From Octopus vulgaris (Eukaryota), in assembly GCA_951406725.2 (NCBI GenBank), contig OX597825.1:37758001-37822000 (forward strand): DNA of 64,000 bases. The letters run 5' to 3'. The notes below the pieces were generated by a model that was not told the origin of the DNA, ran no database searches, and saw nothing but the letters and a program-made list of their open reading frames with translations. Of this stretch, positions 27,921 to 42,999 are shown piece by piece; the stretch's first letter is position 1, and every line of letters begins with the position of its first letter. Position numbers and translations under genes: made by a program.

Positions 27921-30900
27921 ATATATATATATATATCTATTTGCACAGGCACACAGACATAGGCACACGGACATACGCACACTGATACACACACACAGAA
28001 GACTAAAGCATAACGACACACTCGGTCAGGGAACAAACACCATCTATTTTCCCATCCAACTGCATCTAAATAAGAATCGGTGAGTCAAAACATAGACTGG
28101 GTGTCATGGATGGAAGGGATTTAATCCTCAATTGCTAGATTGTATAATATCGGTGAGTAAGCAACGAAAGCAATGGGTTTCGTTTCAATTAAGTTTCTCG
28201 AGCTGTTCGTATGTGAGATTTGTTTCTCGCTTATTTTGACTGACTTTTCTATTTACTGAGTTGGTGTCCATTAGTATAAACTAGATGATCATGAATAAAC
28301 TAGTTTGATCAAGGAAGAACCCAACACAACACCAGCCGGTAATACATCTATACCATAGAACCATAGATTTGTGACCAATAGCGAGTCCATTCACCTACTC
28401 ATTCCGCATTTTCTCAAAGTTTTTGTAGAACAAATAGAATACTCTATGTTTTCACAAAAATTATTAAGAATATGTATGAATATATATGAAGAGAAAAAAG
28501 AATTATAACCTTGTTCTAAAATTGTTTAATGGATATTTTGACTAATTTTTAATCTACATAAACTGTAGGTATTAGCAACTACTAAGATAAGCGATAGCAT
28601 GTTCCTTCTCTTCTTGTGACCCAGTTCTACTCATCTTTTTCGATAAGAAGCCATGTTGTATAATTTTGACATCACATCGTTATATTACACCGGGCTTGTG
28701 CACTACAGGAATCAGAAATCTTCCGTTCTGATTAAGCGATCAATAAGCTGTTGCAGGACACATTTCTTCATATTAATTATTAATTTCTAATTAAAAGAAA
28801 AAATCCAACACTTCCTTTTCAATATACTGTTTATAATTTATTGGGGAAAAATAAGCCAGTAAATCAAATAATTGCAAAGTGACAAACATCGAGAAAGGAG
28901 GGTGCGAGAAAGAGCGGAAGATGGAGGGAAAAATTAAGTGAAGACTGAAACTGTATGTATCAATTAATTATTTTATATATCTTCTAAATAATAATTATTA
29001 TGTTCATGTAGTAAACATAATACGATCACCGTGCATCTTTGGGTGTTGGTTGGGTTAGAGATGTAATGGGATTAAAACTGCCAAGCATAAATCTATTATG
29101 GTATTTCAGCATCTATTTTAGTTTTTGATTTGTTAAATTAATGTTTGTCGGAAGAGGAATGATTCGTTCTGCAGGAGTCATTGAGGTCGTAAATAAATGT
29201 CCATAATAGTTGCTTTCTGGCTCTAAAGTGTAATAGCTTCTGGAATTCGGCAATATATTTCTATTTATTCCAATAATAACATTAATGTTGAAGTGTGTGA
29301 AGCAATGGGAAATATTAATATTTTCGATTTAGAAATTAAAGAGGAAATGAAAACAAAAAATGTTTTCATAATTTGTGAAGCGGGAAGTGACCTCTTTAAG
29401 CAACACAGTCCAAGAAATATTTTTCTTTCCCAAATCTTTTTGTCTCATCGTCTCAACTGAATAAGAACATTATTTGCAAACAGGGTCGTAGTGTGAATAC
29501 TTGTTTCTGAAGCGAATTAATTTTATATACACTGTTATTTTCACTGGGAAAAGTGTATTATTCATCGCACTTAAGAATTGAGGCTTCTTCATCATGATAT
29601 ACTTTTGTTTGGTGCGGTAAGTTACATTGAAGAAGAAGTATGCTATTTAACTTAAGGAAGAGCCTCTGCGTCGATAATTGAACAACGATAAGTAGTAACC
29701 AGTTTTCCTTGAAATCAGTCATGAAAATAGAAATGATATATTGTATAATTCAATGAAAGAGATATTATGCCTGAAAGCGGAGACATGTTTATGGCAGGAA
29801 AATCGTCGATCTCAGATTTTCTCAGTCAGGGATAAATGGACTCAAATGAATAACAATAATACTGTAAACTACTGGCAAAGCGAGACGTACATACATTATC
29901 TCAATTCTTGGTTGATAGGAGATAACTCCCTTAATTGCATTCAGCTAAAAGTTAATTGTCACAAAATTCCACCTCGCTCTGTTTTATGTGACAAGATACA
30001 TTGATTTAGTTGTAAGATTTCGGTGCAAGTAGGTCTTAAAGTAGTAGCAAACTATCATATTTACACCAAGTACTGATCTCATTAAAGATATGAATGGCAT
30101 AAATTTACGTTATCTCCTGATAATTACACCGTATTTGTGTATCATGAAAATAAACCGAAGTCGTTTGAATGGGGCTCTAATATTGGGCAAATACGTTTTG
30201 TTTCCTTTCACGTGTATCCAAGAGAAATTAGCGCTAAATGCGAGAGATTAGAAGGAACAAGGGAGATGCATAAATGGGTAGGGAATGAAAAGGGGAGAGA
30301 AGGGGTGAGAGATAGAGGGAGGAAGAGAGAGAGTGCATAAGCATTGTTTGCTTACCTATTTACTCCATGAGAATATTAAAGCAAGTTATATTGTTGTTTA
30401 TTCCTGGGATGTCACTATTCTGTCAGATATATGATGAACTGCAGTTAGGATCCCTTCTCTTTCATATATTCTGTTCCAAAAACGAGGCCACCGAGTCAGT
30501 TTGATTGTACTCGTATTCCACTGCGTTTCCTGCAGAGATCATCTATTAGATATTCGTGATTACCGTTCATATTATTTTTGATTTAAATAGTATTTGGCTA
30601 TCGGGCTATTCATATCCTTAATCCATTCCCAGATATCACATAACCTATGTCCTTTATTTCGACGAACAAAAAAGCAACTGTAGTGACATTCTTCTCATTC
30701 ATTTTGAAGAAAAATGCGACAGATATTATTACAATAAATAACATTGTGCTTATACATTGAGATTTGTCATATGTAACCCACGAATTCCTTTAGATCAAGC
30801 AAAAAATTGATTCTCTACCCCCATTCTTCTATAAAGTGAATATCAAGATTGATGGCGGCGCATAGAGGGTGTAATATCGTTATTGAAAGGAGGCAATGAA

Positions 30901-31329
30901 ATACATCCTGGCGAAATTGTTTCGTATTCTGACATTAACAGCTACGATGCTCAATATAGGATCCACTCGAAATGTACATACCACACAAACATTCAATAAA
31001 TAGTTTTAACATTCTCATACTGTAGATTCCTTGCAATAAACTGCCCTAGCTTTAACAAATTCATTCAATTTATGTCGTTAATCTGAATCAGTCCACTGAA
31101 GAAATGACATGGAATGTTCATAGCATATACAGAACGAGCGAAATTTTAAATGTCTAGTTTTGCCACTGCAGTGAAGTGTATTGTGAGAGTACTATTTGAG
31201 AGATTATCAATTTCAGAGGAATATATACATCTTTGAAGGAAATATTTCTGAATGTCACATCAAAAGTTTCTCAATGTATTGAAAAATGACATGTCAAATC
31301 TCTTTTATTGAATGTAATACTGCAGATAG

Positions 31330-32110
31330 GTAAATCAATAACTAATGGTAAAGTGCATGCGCAGGGTCCTAATACCAACAGGACACATAGAACAAAAAGT
31401 TAAAGAAATAATAGAAAAAACCCGGAAGTCAATCTCAGTCACTGCAAAGGGCCTCAAGGTTTCAGAATACACCTTCTTAAGAGTTGGGCATGAGGGCATC
31501 CACTACGCGTTGCATGTAATGTGGCAGGGTCAGTTGATATTGAATGTGGCAAAGCGCTTGCAAAACAAGTTAAAACACAAACATCAGGACCGAAAGGTAA
31601 ACGATCATACATACTAAGTTGTCAGGAACTGAGACGGTTCTGAGAATTGTCAGAAACGGGAGAGAGATGCCATGTCTCCTCACCTACTTTTCACCGGGCT
31701 TAAGAGAGTCAATGTCACTGTCTACAACAAGGTGCGAGGCTCCGAATTGACAGAGTACTCAACGGAAGACCGTACGTCTTCCAGCAAGGCATTCTATTTC
31801 GTACAACCTCAATTCACTGGAATATTATGTATGGTGCATAGAAGAGAGAGTGAGTTCAACCAACTGCCACATAACACCATACAATCTCTTAAAGTCAGCC
31901 ATAACCAGCACCTTGTCCAAAATTGAGAACGATCATCTAATTCAGGCATGTCAAGACCTCCAACCCAATATTAAAGCAACCATTGACGTTAATGGTAGAT
32001 TCATTGAATAGGTGTGATAAAAAGATTTACTCGATGATTTCTACCAATTTATTTTCAAATACAACAGTTCATTCATGTGCTATGCGCTTTTTTTTTGTAA
32101 ATTCATACAA
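31330..32110 (+). mobile_element. Highly decayed maT-like transposase relic
   Basis: KVKEIIEKTRKSISVTAKGLKVSEYTFLRVGHEGIHY (HTH region), tacgtcttccagcaag (YVFQQ), C-terminal ..IDVNGRFIE*. Confidence 0.65.
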
Positions 32111-33339
32111 GTAACACAGTCTGATTGATTATATGGATTATATGGCATGCGGTGTCTGCCCGTAGAAAGGAGTGTATTATGTTAACTTACATATACTTGT
32201 ACTTTGAAAGCCCATTTTGTAAGCATAAGAAGCTAATTTGTGTGACTTGAATTCTGTTTAAATATCGCATGTTTGTATGAAAGGTGCAAACAAGCAGTTG
32301 TATGTACACTTGCATGTGCTTACATATTTATATAAGCTTTTGAATATATGTGAGAAAATGTAATCACTTTTATATGTGCACAAACGTGAGTCTCTAGTGG
32401 AAAGTCTACATGCACACATAAATATCTTTGCAGTAAGGAAATCAAAAGTTTCAAGAGGTATCACTCTTGAACATCTAACTGGGGAGGGAAGCTTTAATTA
32501 TTTCCTAAAATACAAAATTTATACCAAGATTTACACTGGTTTCTATATTCTCCTATCGCCAATTTGGCTACGTATAAAATATTGATTGCTTTTCATAATA
32601 TAGTCACGTCACACCAATTTTCAAAAGAAAAGTACTACTCTGAAAAGCTATGTTTATGAATAACACTTTCAAAATATGTTCCCCATTTTATGTTTATCTA
32701 TCTCCTCTCTTTATAAAACAACTTAAGCTTATAAATACATAGCTTTACCCATCTAGCGTGTTCTCCCAGAAATACAACATACAAGATCACGTTCTCTCTC
32801 ACGCAGCATACAATCAAAGCATAATATCAATTCCAAAGATTTTTTCTTTATGAACAGTATTCTGTACTTTTTTTCTCAAACCATTCATGTTTTCAGTGTT
32901 CGTTTCGTATGAAAGATTATTTTCGTGTTTTTATATTTCTTTTTCGTATATGAAAAACTACACATGGTAGATTTTCTCGATCTAATCTGTACTACAGCTC
33001 GAAGATTGAAATCGTGAAAATCAGCACAAGGCTTTGGAAGTATTATACTTCTAATACATACTAAAAGTACATATATACATATAAAGATATATATATACAT
33101 ATGCATCTGTGGGTGTTTATGTAGGATGTAGAAATAACTAAATGAAATATGTATGTTCTTTTATTTTGCATATATTTACACATTAACAATATATAACACC
33201 TGTCTAATAATTTGGGTAATTATTTAACATATTTCTTATATTTTGATATGAATCAATTTGTATTTCTCTTTTCAGAAATATTTGTTTGCAGCTACAACAT
33301 TGATAACAATAAAGGTGCAGAAATAGCGTGATTATCGCA

Positions 33340-33404
<65 letters not shown>

Positions 33405-33468
33405 CATATGTATATATGTATATATACGTATACATACATACATGTGTGTGTATGTGTGTATGTATACA

Positions 33469-33509
<41 letters not shown>

Positions 33510-34099
33510 GCATATATACATACATATGAATATACACATGTATATGCACATACATACAGACACATACATCTAAACATACATACATATACAATTTTATTCT
33601 CGACTACATTGTTCGGTTCCTTTCTTTAGTTCACATACAATTTCACGTGAAGAATGAATACATAAGAATAACGCATAAGTTATTAGGAAATATTTTTCGT
33701 ATGTGTTAGACAGTAAATAATGTATTCTCTTAGTTACTGTCTGGTATGCATCAATTTTTTTTCTTGAATGTTAACTATGTTGCAAAGTGCGCAAGTGTTG
33801 ACAGTGGACGAATGACGGAGTATGGATAAGAAGACTGGTGCTTGAGGATGTGAGAATTGGCATGTGTTTGCATTCAAAATCGATATGTACTATATTCGAT
33901 TTTATTTATATATTTTTCTCTATTGTAATCAAAGTATACACATTAAACAAATACGCTTATACACGTACTGAACATAAAATATCCCCAGGCATGAAAATCA
34001 AACATACCCATGCATATACATATAGGTCCATACATGATTATATGAACAACAAAATACTCAATGTATATGTAGAGCCTTATTATATCTAGCTGGTCGCTG

Positions 34100-35770
34100 C
34101 CTGTCTCATGTTTTATCAAGATTTCCCTATTATACCATTATTATGAAGTGTATATATCCGAGTATATGAAAATCCCTATCACATAAAGAACTCCGTAACA
34201 AGGACAACAATTTATCGTAGAAAATAATTATTCTACCTTTAATGACATATTACGACAAAGTCTGTGACTGTGATGCGGAGGAAAACAGTCCCTTGTTTTG
34301 CGAATCTAGTTATAGGCTACCTATAAATTACATTTTATATTAGGAGAAATATGGAGCCTATTTTCCCATATACATACAAGAAACCTGGTGCAGGTACTTT
34401 GACTATTGTTTCATTGAAGGAAGGCATAGATAAAGTAAAATATTTTGAAACATTCGTTAATGAAATTAATAAAAGTATTCAATTCACAATGGGACATAGC
34501 CAGAACCAACTCCCATTTTAGGCATTCTTTTGAAGAAAATCAAAACAGCAAAAAATAAATGGACATTTATTATACACAAATGGAGTTCAAATAGTATCTT
34601 CAATCCACTTCATACTATCAAAGACACAGCTGAATAAATTTCCTTTATATCCTACCCAAAATCATTTGTGCTATAGAATCCAATACAAACACCCGTAACA
34701 TAAGACTGAGAACTGAAGAATATACCTGTTGGCAAAAATTACTTGCTATGTTTCATAGATAATGGAATGTAAGTAGCCAAGAAATTCAGTATCCAGTAAC
34801 TCGAAACAAATAAGGTGAAGAAATACGTGAGAAATGCGTGTCCTACAATACATGACCTAGTATCGCCAAAGCTAAAGGGCTCCAACATCATATTCTAAAA
34901 CATATCGTTACTAATAAAGGACCGGGGGGTAAACCATATCCAAACTTACCACCATAAAGTGTAAAAGACAATTTAAGCAATGGAAAATATAATAACAAAG
35001 GACTAACTTCACACAATAACTAAAAAATCAACAATAAATATAGAGAATACCCATCTGTAGTATATGTTTTAATTTGAGAGAAAGTTCAATGATCCGCTTC
35101 AAAGAAGAACACACCTAAACAATAATGAATAACTTTACTTGTGGATCTGAAAACCAAAACTATGCAAAAGAAAAAAAATCCTCGGGGTTTATTCAATTTG
35201 GTCATTGGTCAGAAAAGATACGATTTACGATATCCATGACACTGTGTAGGTCGTAAATTAGAATAAGGAACTACAAGCAAACAGCATTATGTATAATGTG
35301 GCAGAAAAGCAGTGAAAACAACCAATGCCTACGATTTTTCCCTATATATAAGTTCAGTGCTAATATAACTCAGCCTCATATAAAAGTTGTATATAACAAA
35401 ATACCAACCGTGTTTAAGTTCTTGTTGCAGAGAAAGGGAGACAAACACCACTAGCTCTGCTACAAGTCTTACTAAATTCAAAAAATTCGACAACAGCTTT
35501 AGAAACTGAGAGCCATAACTGCTGCTGCTAACACCAATAGCCCTAACTGCTGGTCCTTTCACTAAGAGACGGCTTTTATTGCTGTTAACTGCTACCCAGT
35601 TACAATCAAGAAAAATCCTGCACCGTACGATCTCTATGAGAAAAACATGTCATTTACCAGAAATGATATTATGAGAGATTGAATAATTCAATTAAATTTA
35701 TTTCAATTTATTTATTTTCTTTTTTTGTTTCAGCGTGACTTCAACGTCTTATTAAAGCGATATAAACCAG
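34100..35770 (+). mobile_element. Penelope-like element relic (RT palm/thumb, GIY-YIG, 3' pLTR-like region)
   Basis: Fragmentary translations WCRYFDYCFI, NKSIQFTMGHSQNQLPF, MDIYYTQ..YLQSTSYYQRH and NFTCGSEN; similar to 55020-55750. Confidence 0.7.
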
Positions 35771-36199
35771 TTGCTGCTTAGGAATGTAAATGCTGTTATA
35801 CTATTTTTCCACGATAAAGTTCACAATGAAAATTGTTTTTACTTCTTCAATATAAATTTCCGCGTGCGAAATCACTTAAACTTTTATATATAAATAAATG
35901 AATATGTGTGTGCGTATGTATATATACATAACGGCAAGACTTCAAAAGACGATTAAATGGTGAGTGGAGAGACAGAGGAAGTAATAAGAGAAAAGAAGAA
36001 CAGTAGGAGATCGAAAGAGAAAACGAGTAAAAGAGAAAAGGAAGCAATGGCAGTGTATTATAAGTGTATGTGCCTTTGTGTGTGTATGTGACTGAGTGTG
36101 CTGGAGAAACTGGGACATAGAGAGTGGGAGGGAGGAGGTGGAGGAGGGGAGAAATAAACTGAACAAGGTGTACATGCATATGTATATATATGTATGTAT

Positions 36200-36248
<49 letters not shown>

Positions 36249-37150
36249 AACATATATATATGTATGTATATTTATTTATATCTACATATGTTATGTAAGT
36301 ATATATGCTATATTATCTTTCATGAATTCTTTTCAGATGCAGTGGACTATGTTTAGGTGTCGTATTCAATACATGGTACAAAATAGACTTTATATATTTA
36401 TTGGAGATAGATCCAATGATTATTTGTACAGTGTAGTTTGCTTCGTGTATATTTGGTAATACTATGACATACTGTAAAGTCTGGAATAACAGTATATCTC
36501 TATGTGTGCAGGTGTTTGTGTTCTTGCGTGTGTGTGTATGTGTTTTTATAAATGAGAGTGTCGGTGTGTGCATGTGAGTATATGCTTGAGTGCGTTTGTG
36601 TATTTCTGTGAATATGCATGTTTACGGTTGCTAAGTAAGCACTATTGGTATCATGGAATGCAATACAACCAATTGTATTACTGGATTGTCGACAGCAAGT
36701 CGTCTAACGTGGCAATATATACACATGAGTTGATTATCGATAAACGAAGCTGGTTGCAAATAATTGCCATTAGAAAATAGTTGAACTCCGCGCACAAAAA
36801 ACGTCTACCTATCTATAGTTCAGGGTTAAATTCCAGATTGGCTACGATCACGTTGTAGTATCACTAGTTTTGTACCCTTTATAATTTAATAAAGCTTGTC
36901 TCTATGTGAATGTAGGTTTCTTAAGCAAAACGTGTTGAAGGAAATATGTATATTTATTCGTACATGAATGTTCACATAATTTCGTCCTTAATTAAAATAA
37001 GTGGCATACTTAAAAATAAATTCTAGGGAAACATTATTGCTTAAAGACTTAAGGTAGAAAATATGGCTGCAGCCCAATGACTGAAGTACGTAAAATAACA
37101 TCATATTACTGCTCTCACACACACTACAACTACTACTACTACATGCTATG

Positions 37151-37189
<39 letters not shown>

Positions 37190-37204
37190 GTGTGTGTGTA
37201 TGTA

Positions 37205-37312
37205 TGTATTAATACAAAAATGAGCCAAGAACGCAAAACATCCAGACAGACGATACATAAAAACAAGGACGGGTCGTTTGGAGTTTTCTATCCTTAGTCG
37301 AATTCCAGGTTA
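37205..37312 (-). repeat. Copy of the 1170-1385 repeat family
   Basis: Minus strand cgactaaggatagaaaactccaaacgacccgtccttgtttttatgtatcgtctgtctggatgttttgcgttcttgg. Confidence 0.55.
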
Positions 37313-37371
37313 TATATATATATATATATATTAGTTAGGGTTTTTTGAATATTTATCTATCCATCTCTCTG

Positions 37372-37456
<85 letters not shown>

Positions 37457-37490
37457 GTCTGTCTCACTGTCTATCTATCTATCTATCTAA

Positions 37491-37543
<53 letters not shown>

Positions 37544-38639
37544 ACTATATATATATAATTTTATCACTCCACTAGTTGCTAATGTGTGTTTGTGCACGTG
37601 CGTGAAAGTTTGTACCTTTGTGTGTGTATTTGCATATGTGTATTATCTTATATCTGTCTGAGGAGTATAGTGAAATAATTTTAAATATTAATATTTGATA
37701 TTATCCGTGTCTAACATCATATATCAAAAACAGAGACTGTTTGGCAGCTGGACATTGACACAAGTAAAATCTCTCCTTACAACGAATTCTCCTCAATTAC
37801 ATACGCAGCGTCTTGTAGAAAACAAAATAAATATATCAGAAGTTATAAATCGTGGCCATTTCCCAAATTCCTTAATAATATTGCATATATTGATATAACT
37901 TGGAACATCTTGTTAAAAGATATTATAAGGAAATCTGACTTGGCTTCATGTACAAAAATATGAATATATGATATACGATTGTAAGTTTTCAGTGCATACA
38001 CACACACACACACACAAACACACTCACACAAACACACACTCACACACACATGGTGTAATCCAGGTTCTGTTTAAGTACATCAAGTGATATACAACAACAT
38101 GAAATTGTTTACGGTAAACAATCACATGGCATTTCCTCTATTGAGTAAATCCTGAATTCGCTTGTTGAGATTTTATGGAGTATACAGATTGTATATTTAA
38201 GATATCTTAATTCTTAACCTCGCTCAAATATCCTAATGCTTCATTTCACTGTGAAATCCTAATACTTCACTAAATTCTAAAGCCTCGTAGTGGCAACATC
38301 TTGAATAACAATGCATGAATATGTTTACTTTGGATGAACTCATTTTGCAATTGAACCAACAGGATGCAACTGCATGCCATAAATTTGGATACCTATGCAG
38401 TTGAAACACGTTTCGGACCGAGGTTTCAAGTTTATATATTGTGTGTAACACTGTAATAAACAAGGTTTGAGGACGTGGAATTATCGATTCTTACTTTAGC
38501 GTTTATATATATATATATATATAACTTTACAGATGTTTCTACCGTTAATCGGTTATATTTACATACCGAATTCTACCAGTAAATAATTGTTGTTGTTTTT
38601 TTAAAACCATTATAGGAATTATTTACTCTTATTATATAT

Positions 38640-38860
38640 ATATGTTGAGTATGTTTACCTCGTGAAGACCACTCGCGTTTTTTTTCCCTCTGTCCTCCCA
38701 CCTCGGGATCTTTCTTTCTCTTATGTTTCCGACGAAGAGCTCCGCTCGAAACGTCATACCCTCCTTCTTCCCTTTTTTCCTGAGCGCCTAATAATACTTT
38801 AATTGTTCCACCTCTTTGCGTTGTTGTCTTTTTTGTTTTCTTGTTTGGATTAACTTTATA
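38640..38860 (+). mobile_element. Short TA-flanked element with minimal hammerhead motif at 38725-38759
   Basis: GTTT-CCGACGA-A-GAGC tcc GCTC-GAAA-CG-TC-ATAC; homologous to 50610-50815. Confidence 0.65.
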
Positions 38861-39120
38861 TATATATATATATAAATAGATATATATTCATTATTTGAAA
38901 TCAGGTCGATTGAGTCATCTGGCAGTGTCCTGTTTAGTTATATTTTTTTACTGTTAATTCTCACCTGTATTCAACTAATTAAAATGCTTTTGGGGATGAT
39001 GTAACACTTTTGTTCATCTATGACAAGCACCTCTGAAACAAGTGTGTGTTGTGTATATATATATATATATATAAATGTGTGTGTAAATAATATACATTCG
39101 TATATATATATAACAATATA

Positions 39121-39322
39121 ATAAATAAATAAAACATATGCATATATACATACATATATGTACATACTTATATCTATATGTATATACACATGCATATATG
39201 AGTACAGGACACCACAAATAAACGTAGAACACAACGAGAAACGAAAACATAAAATCAAACAAGGAAACGTACTTTTTTTAACAACGAAAAAACAGAGTAC
39301 AGGACAAACAATACAAGGAAAA
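39121..39322 (-). repeat. Interspersed repeat, second copy at 47525-47730 (+)
   Basis: ggtgtcctgtac..atatatgcatgt.tatatacatatagat.ta.gta.gtacatatatgtatgtatatatgcatatgttttatt is shared by both copies. Confidence 0.8.
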
Positions 39323-39436
39323 TGAGTGTGTTAAATTATAAAGTACAAAACAATAAACGACTCTTCCCAGACACAACAGAATATGCTTCAACACACGAAC
39401 TCACGTAAAGAATCTTACAAACCAAATCACAATATG

Positions 39437-39472
<36 letters not shown>

Positions 39473-39511
39473 CATATATATATATATATATATATTTCAT
39501 ATATATTTCAT

Positions 39512-39550
<39 letters not shown>

Positions 39551-39554
<4 letters not shown>

Positions 39555-39924
39555 GTATATGAAGATATATGTATGCATGTTCACATGAGAAAATATAAGA
39601 GGCTACCTTCGGTCAGATTTGACCATGCGTTGTATCTTTGCTGTTTTCAGCTCCACTGGAGCAGTGTCTCCGGTGGCTCTTCTTCCAGATGCTAGCTACA
39701 CATAGGGAATATCCTTAGGGATAAGGCCACCATATATATATATATATATATATAAAATATATGGTGGCCTTATCCCTAAGGATATTCCCTATGTGTAGCT
39801 AGCATCCGGAGACACTGCTCCAGTGGAGCTGAAAACAGCAAAGATACAACGCATGGTCAAATCTGACCGAAGGTAGCCTCTTATATTTTCTCATGTGAAC
39901 ATGCATACATATATCTTCATATAC

Positions 39925-39928
<4 letters not shown>
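39551..39928. mobile_element. Fold-back palindrome with a (TA)n centre; arms identical except for a 15-nt indel
   Basis: Arms about 39551-39735 / 39759-39928; tggctcttcttccag is missing from the right arm. Confidence 0.85.
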
Positions 39929-39994
<66 letters not shown>

Positions 39995-40099
39995 GTATTT
40001 TCGAGAAAATATTCTGCATAAAATGTTATATGAAAAGCCTTTGCAAAATGAGGTAGAGATAGAGAACTTTTGAGAACTGACATCCTGGTGAAGAACAAT

Positions 40100-41521
40100 G
40101 TCATGTAATTGTTAGTGTGTTTCTCTTTGTTGGAACTGATATGTGTGAGAAGTGGAAATTCCAAAAATTATTTGAAAATACCCGAGAAAAGTAAGTTATT
40201 ATGGGTGAAATCAATAACCATCTGAATCGGAGATTGCTGTTTTGGTTAGTTGTATCATATCACTTAACGCAATGGCGTTTCTTTGGATAAGTTCTAAAAT
40301 CTCTCCATACAGTGTAACAAAACTTATAAATACTGCTAAAAAATACTTCAGCATTTTTCTTCTCTGTTTTGTTGAGATTTACAAACTGTTGTGGCTGTAT
40401 TTATCTTGAAGATAAACATTATATTTTCAGTATTTTTACCGCATGTGTTTACCAAGAGTTATGCAGATATCCAGCATTTATAAGAAACTTGTATACTTGA
40501 AGTGCAAATTCTTTGTGGTTCACTATGCGCTAATGATTTGTTGATATATATTTTGAATTTCCCATTGTATATTGATAAAGTGAAGTTTGGCATGGCTATA
40601 TTGACGTGTAATTTCGAGATATCTGTTAATATAAGTGGAATTTAGGAACCAAGTTTCCGTTCCATCTACAGAGGAGAGGGTGATATTGGAGATGAAAGGG
40701 AAAAGGTCATTGAGATAAGGGAAGATTAGTGTAGTGGACGAAACTGAACCCTAAAGCTCAACAGCCTTGTAATAGTTAGAGAGGTTTCCATGAGTGTGAT
40801 ATGTGTTGGAGCTATCTCATTAAGAGTCAATGATCCAGGAAAATTAAAACTGATTCATTCACGGTCTTATGGTTTATTTAAGAGATTTGCATACCCATGA
40901 TTCTCAAAAATCTTGCTGATATGACGTGTAACAGCAAATAGTATTTCTTTGAATTTTTCAGAGAAAAGGCTAAATGGTAAAGAAATAACAAGGTACTTTT
41001 TGTATATTTGGTTTTATGAAAGTTTTGTTTATGTTTATTTAGAAGTGAGGAAGATTAAAAGTGATACAGGAGGTTATTGTTTAGATCTGCTTGCATAACT
41101 TTCCCTGTGTTGCAAGGGGGTGCGACAGAACGGTAGACGGTAAAGTTAGACGTTCTGTCTTTTATGAGAATGAGACAGACCCAGACTCTTTCCACTGATT
41201 AGGGTCTATCCTCCAAAACATATTTGACGCGCTTGGTTTGAAGTTACCATAAATGTCCACGTGGATGTCTATAGCTTGGGTTAGGCAAATAGGATTATGT
41301 CTGTAGAATGGTGTGTAGTAAAATAGAAATATATATTTTAGAGCGCATGCCCTATGGACTATGATGCATAGTAAGTAGCTAATATGGAAAATACCTCTAT
41401 GAAAACACTGCTTGGAGAACCATCGTGATTGTGAAAAGGATTCTGTAAATATACCACAAGCATTCTTGACAAAGGCTACAGTTTGGGAAAGCGAATAATC
41501 CCGCACGCTATGCAATGTCAT
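40100..41521 (-). mobile_element. Possible very old Penelope-like relic
   Basis: Weak motifs in the expected order on the minus strand: IIVHRACAL, LVISLPF, KIFENHGY, RIVNHK, REILELI, DSDGY. Confidence 0.35.
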
Positions 41522-42999
41522 GAAGTATCATTCATGCAAGTTATTAGATGGACTGTATGTGCCAGAATATTGAAAAGAAAATGACTAGGAATTCACACCC
41601 TACAGATGAGAGGAGAATCAAATGAAGAAAAATGAAGTTTAGTGCGTAATGAAAGTATATGTGTGTGTATATATATGTACCTGTATATAGTTGCTAGTGC
41701 GCATATTCGTGAATTTGCTAAGAACATACTATTGGTTTTTGTCAAGCAGATTAGCATAAACATAATTTACTGGTGATCGGCGAGCACTTATTCTATGATT
41801 AGATTTGAACTCGGTCTTCTTCTCAAATCATCAAGCAAACTACCTCGATGGGCTGGGGTGGGGAGTGAACATTCAAAATAGTCAATATTGTCTCCAAGTA
41901 AGTTCAGTTGAAACACCACTTTTGTATACATTACCACATCACGTTTCGACTGTTTGTTTTCTCCCCTAATAACTGTTTTAACACAGTTTAATATCCCATA
42001 TAGTTATTTTACTTTGATGCAGCCTTTTACAACATTTTACACTCGAGGACAATTATGTCAAATCAATAATTGCCAGCATTTACGTTTTAAATGTATTCGA
42101 ATTTGGTGCTGTTAACACTTGGTGATATATTCCTCCATGTTTATTTGCAGTGAAATGAGGTATTATAAATCCTTCTATTTACTTTTTTGGCTTATTGCAT
42201 AACATGTTCACGAAAATATTACGGTTAAAAGTAAAACATTTGGTCCTGCCGTTCGCCTATTGCCCTGGAATATAGCTTAGGAATTTTTGTCTCTATTTCA
42301 ACACAGTGGATAATATATTTTCATGTTTTTGTTTTAGATATACTAAATCCAATTGCACTGAAATTACGTTAAGATTTAATTAGATGTATTTCAGACCCCG
42401 ACAAATTTATTTTATAGACTCCACATGCTAACTTATAGTCTACGCCACATTCTGAAATAGTGAATGCTTAATAGCGTCAGTGTATAATTGTTTAATATTG
42501 ACTTCCACTATGACACGATTCTAATTATTATCGCGACGGTTGTTAGTCTATCGAATCCAACCAAATTTTAAGCTATCACATACACTATTAATGAATGATG
42601 AAAAGAAATTCTGTCTCAATGAAAATTTAAATCTGAAAGTAAGTTAAATGAGCACGCTTAGCAATTGTGACAATATGTGGATGTTTAAATGTAACTTGTT
42701 TCCGTAGATTCAATACTTTTAGCATAAATATTTTGCTATGGTGCAATCAATATTGTTATAATCAAGCATTTCTATTTTCTACTTTTATATATTATATAAT
42801 TTCTATGTGCATACAAACCTAGATACATAAGCACACACACACTCACATACATATATATATACCTATATACATAAGCACGTATATATAGGTATGTGTGTAA
42901 CCCATATGAGAGTTATATGTTTGTCTATGTACGTCTAAACAACTGTATCTATTTGAATGACACTTCAGTTATTGTCAACACTTCATTCCTCCGACATAT

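Noticed and set aside
29100-29960. Possible ancient mariner (LLHHD-like segment at about 29585)
   Set aside because: Too degenerate to support; no TIR identified.
39850-39882. Hammerhead in the 39.5-kb palindrome (ggtca-aatc-tgacc-gaag)
   Set aside because: A hairpin followed by GAA is present, but there is no upstream CTGANGA and no stem I.
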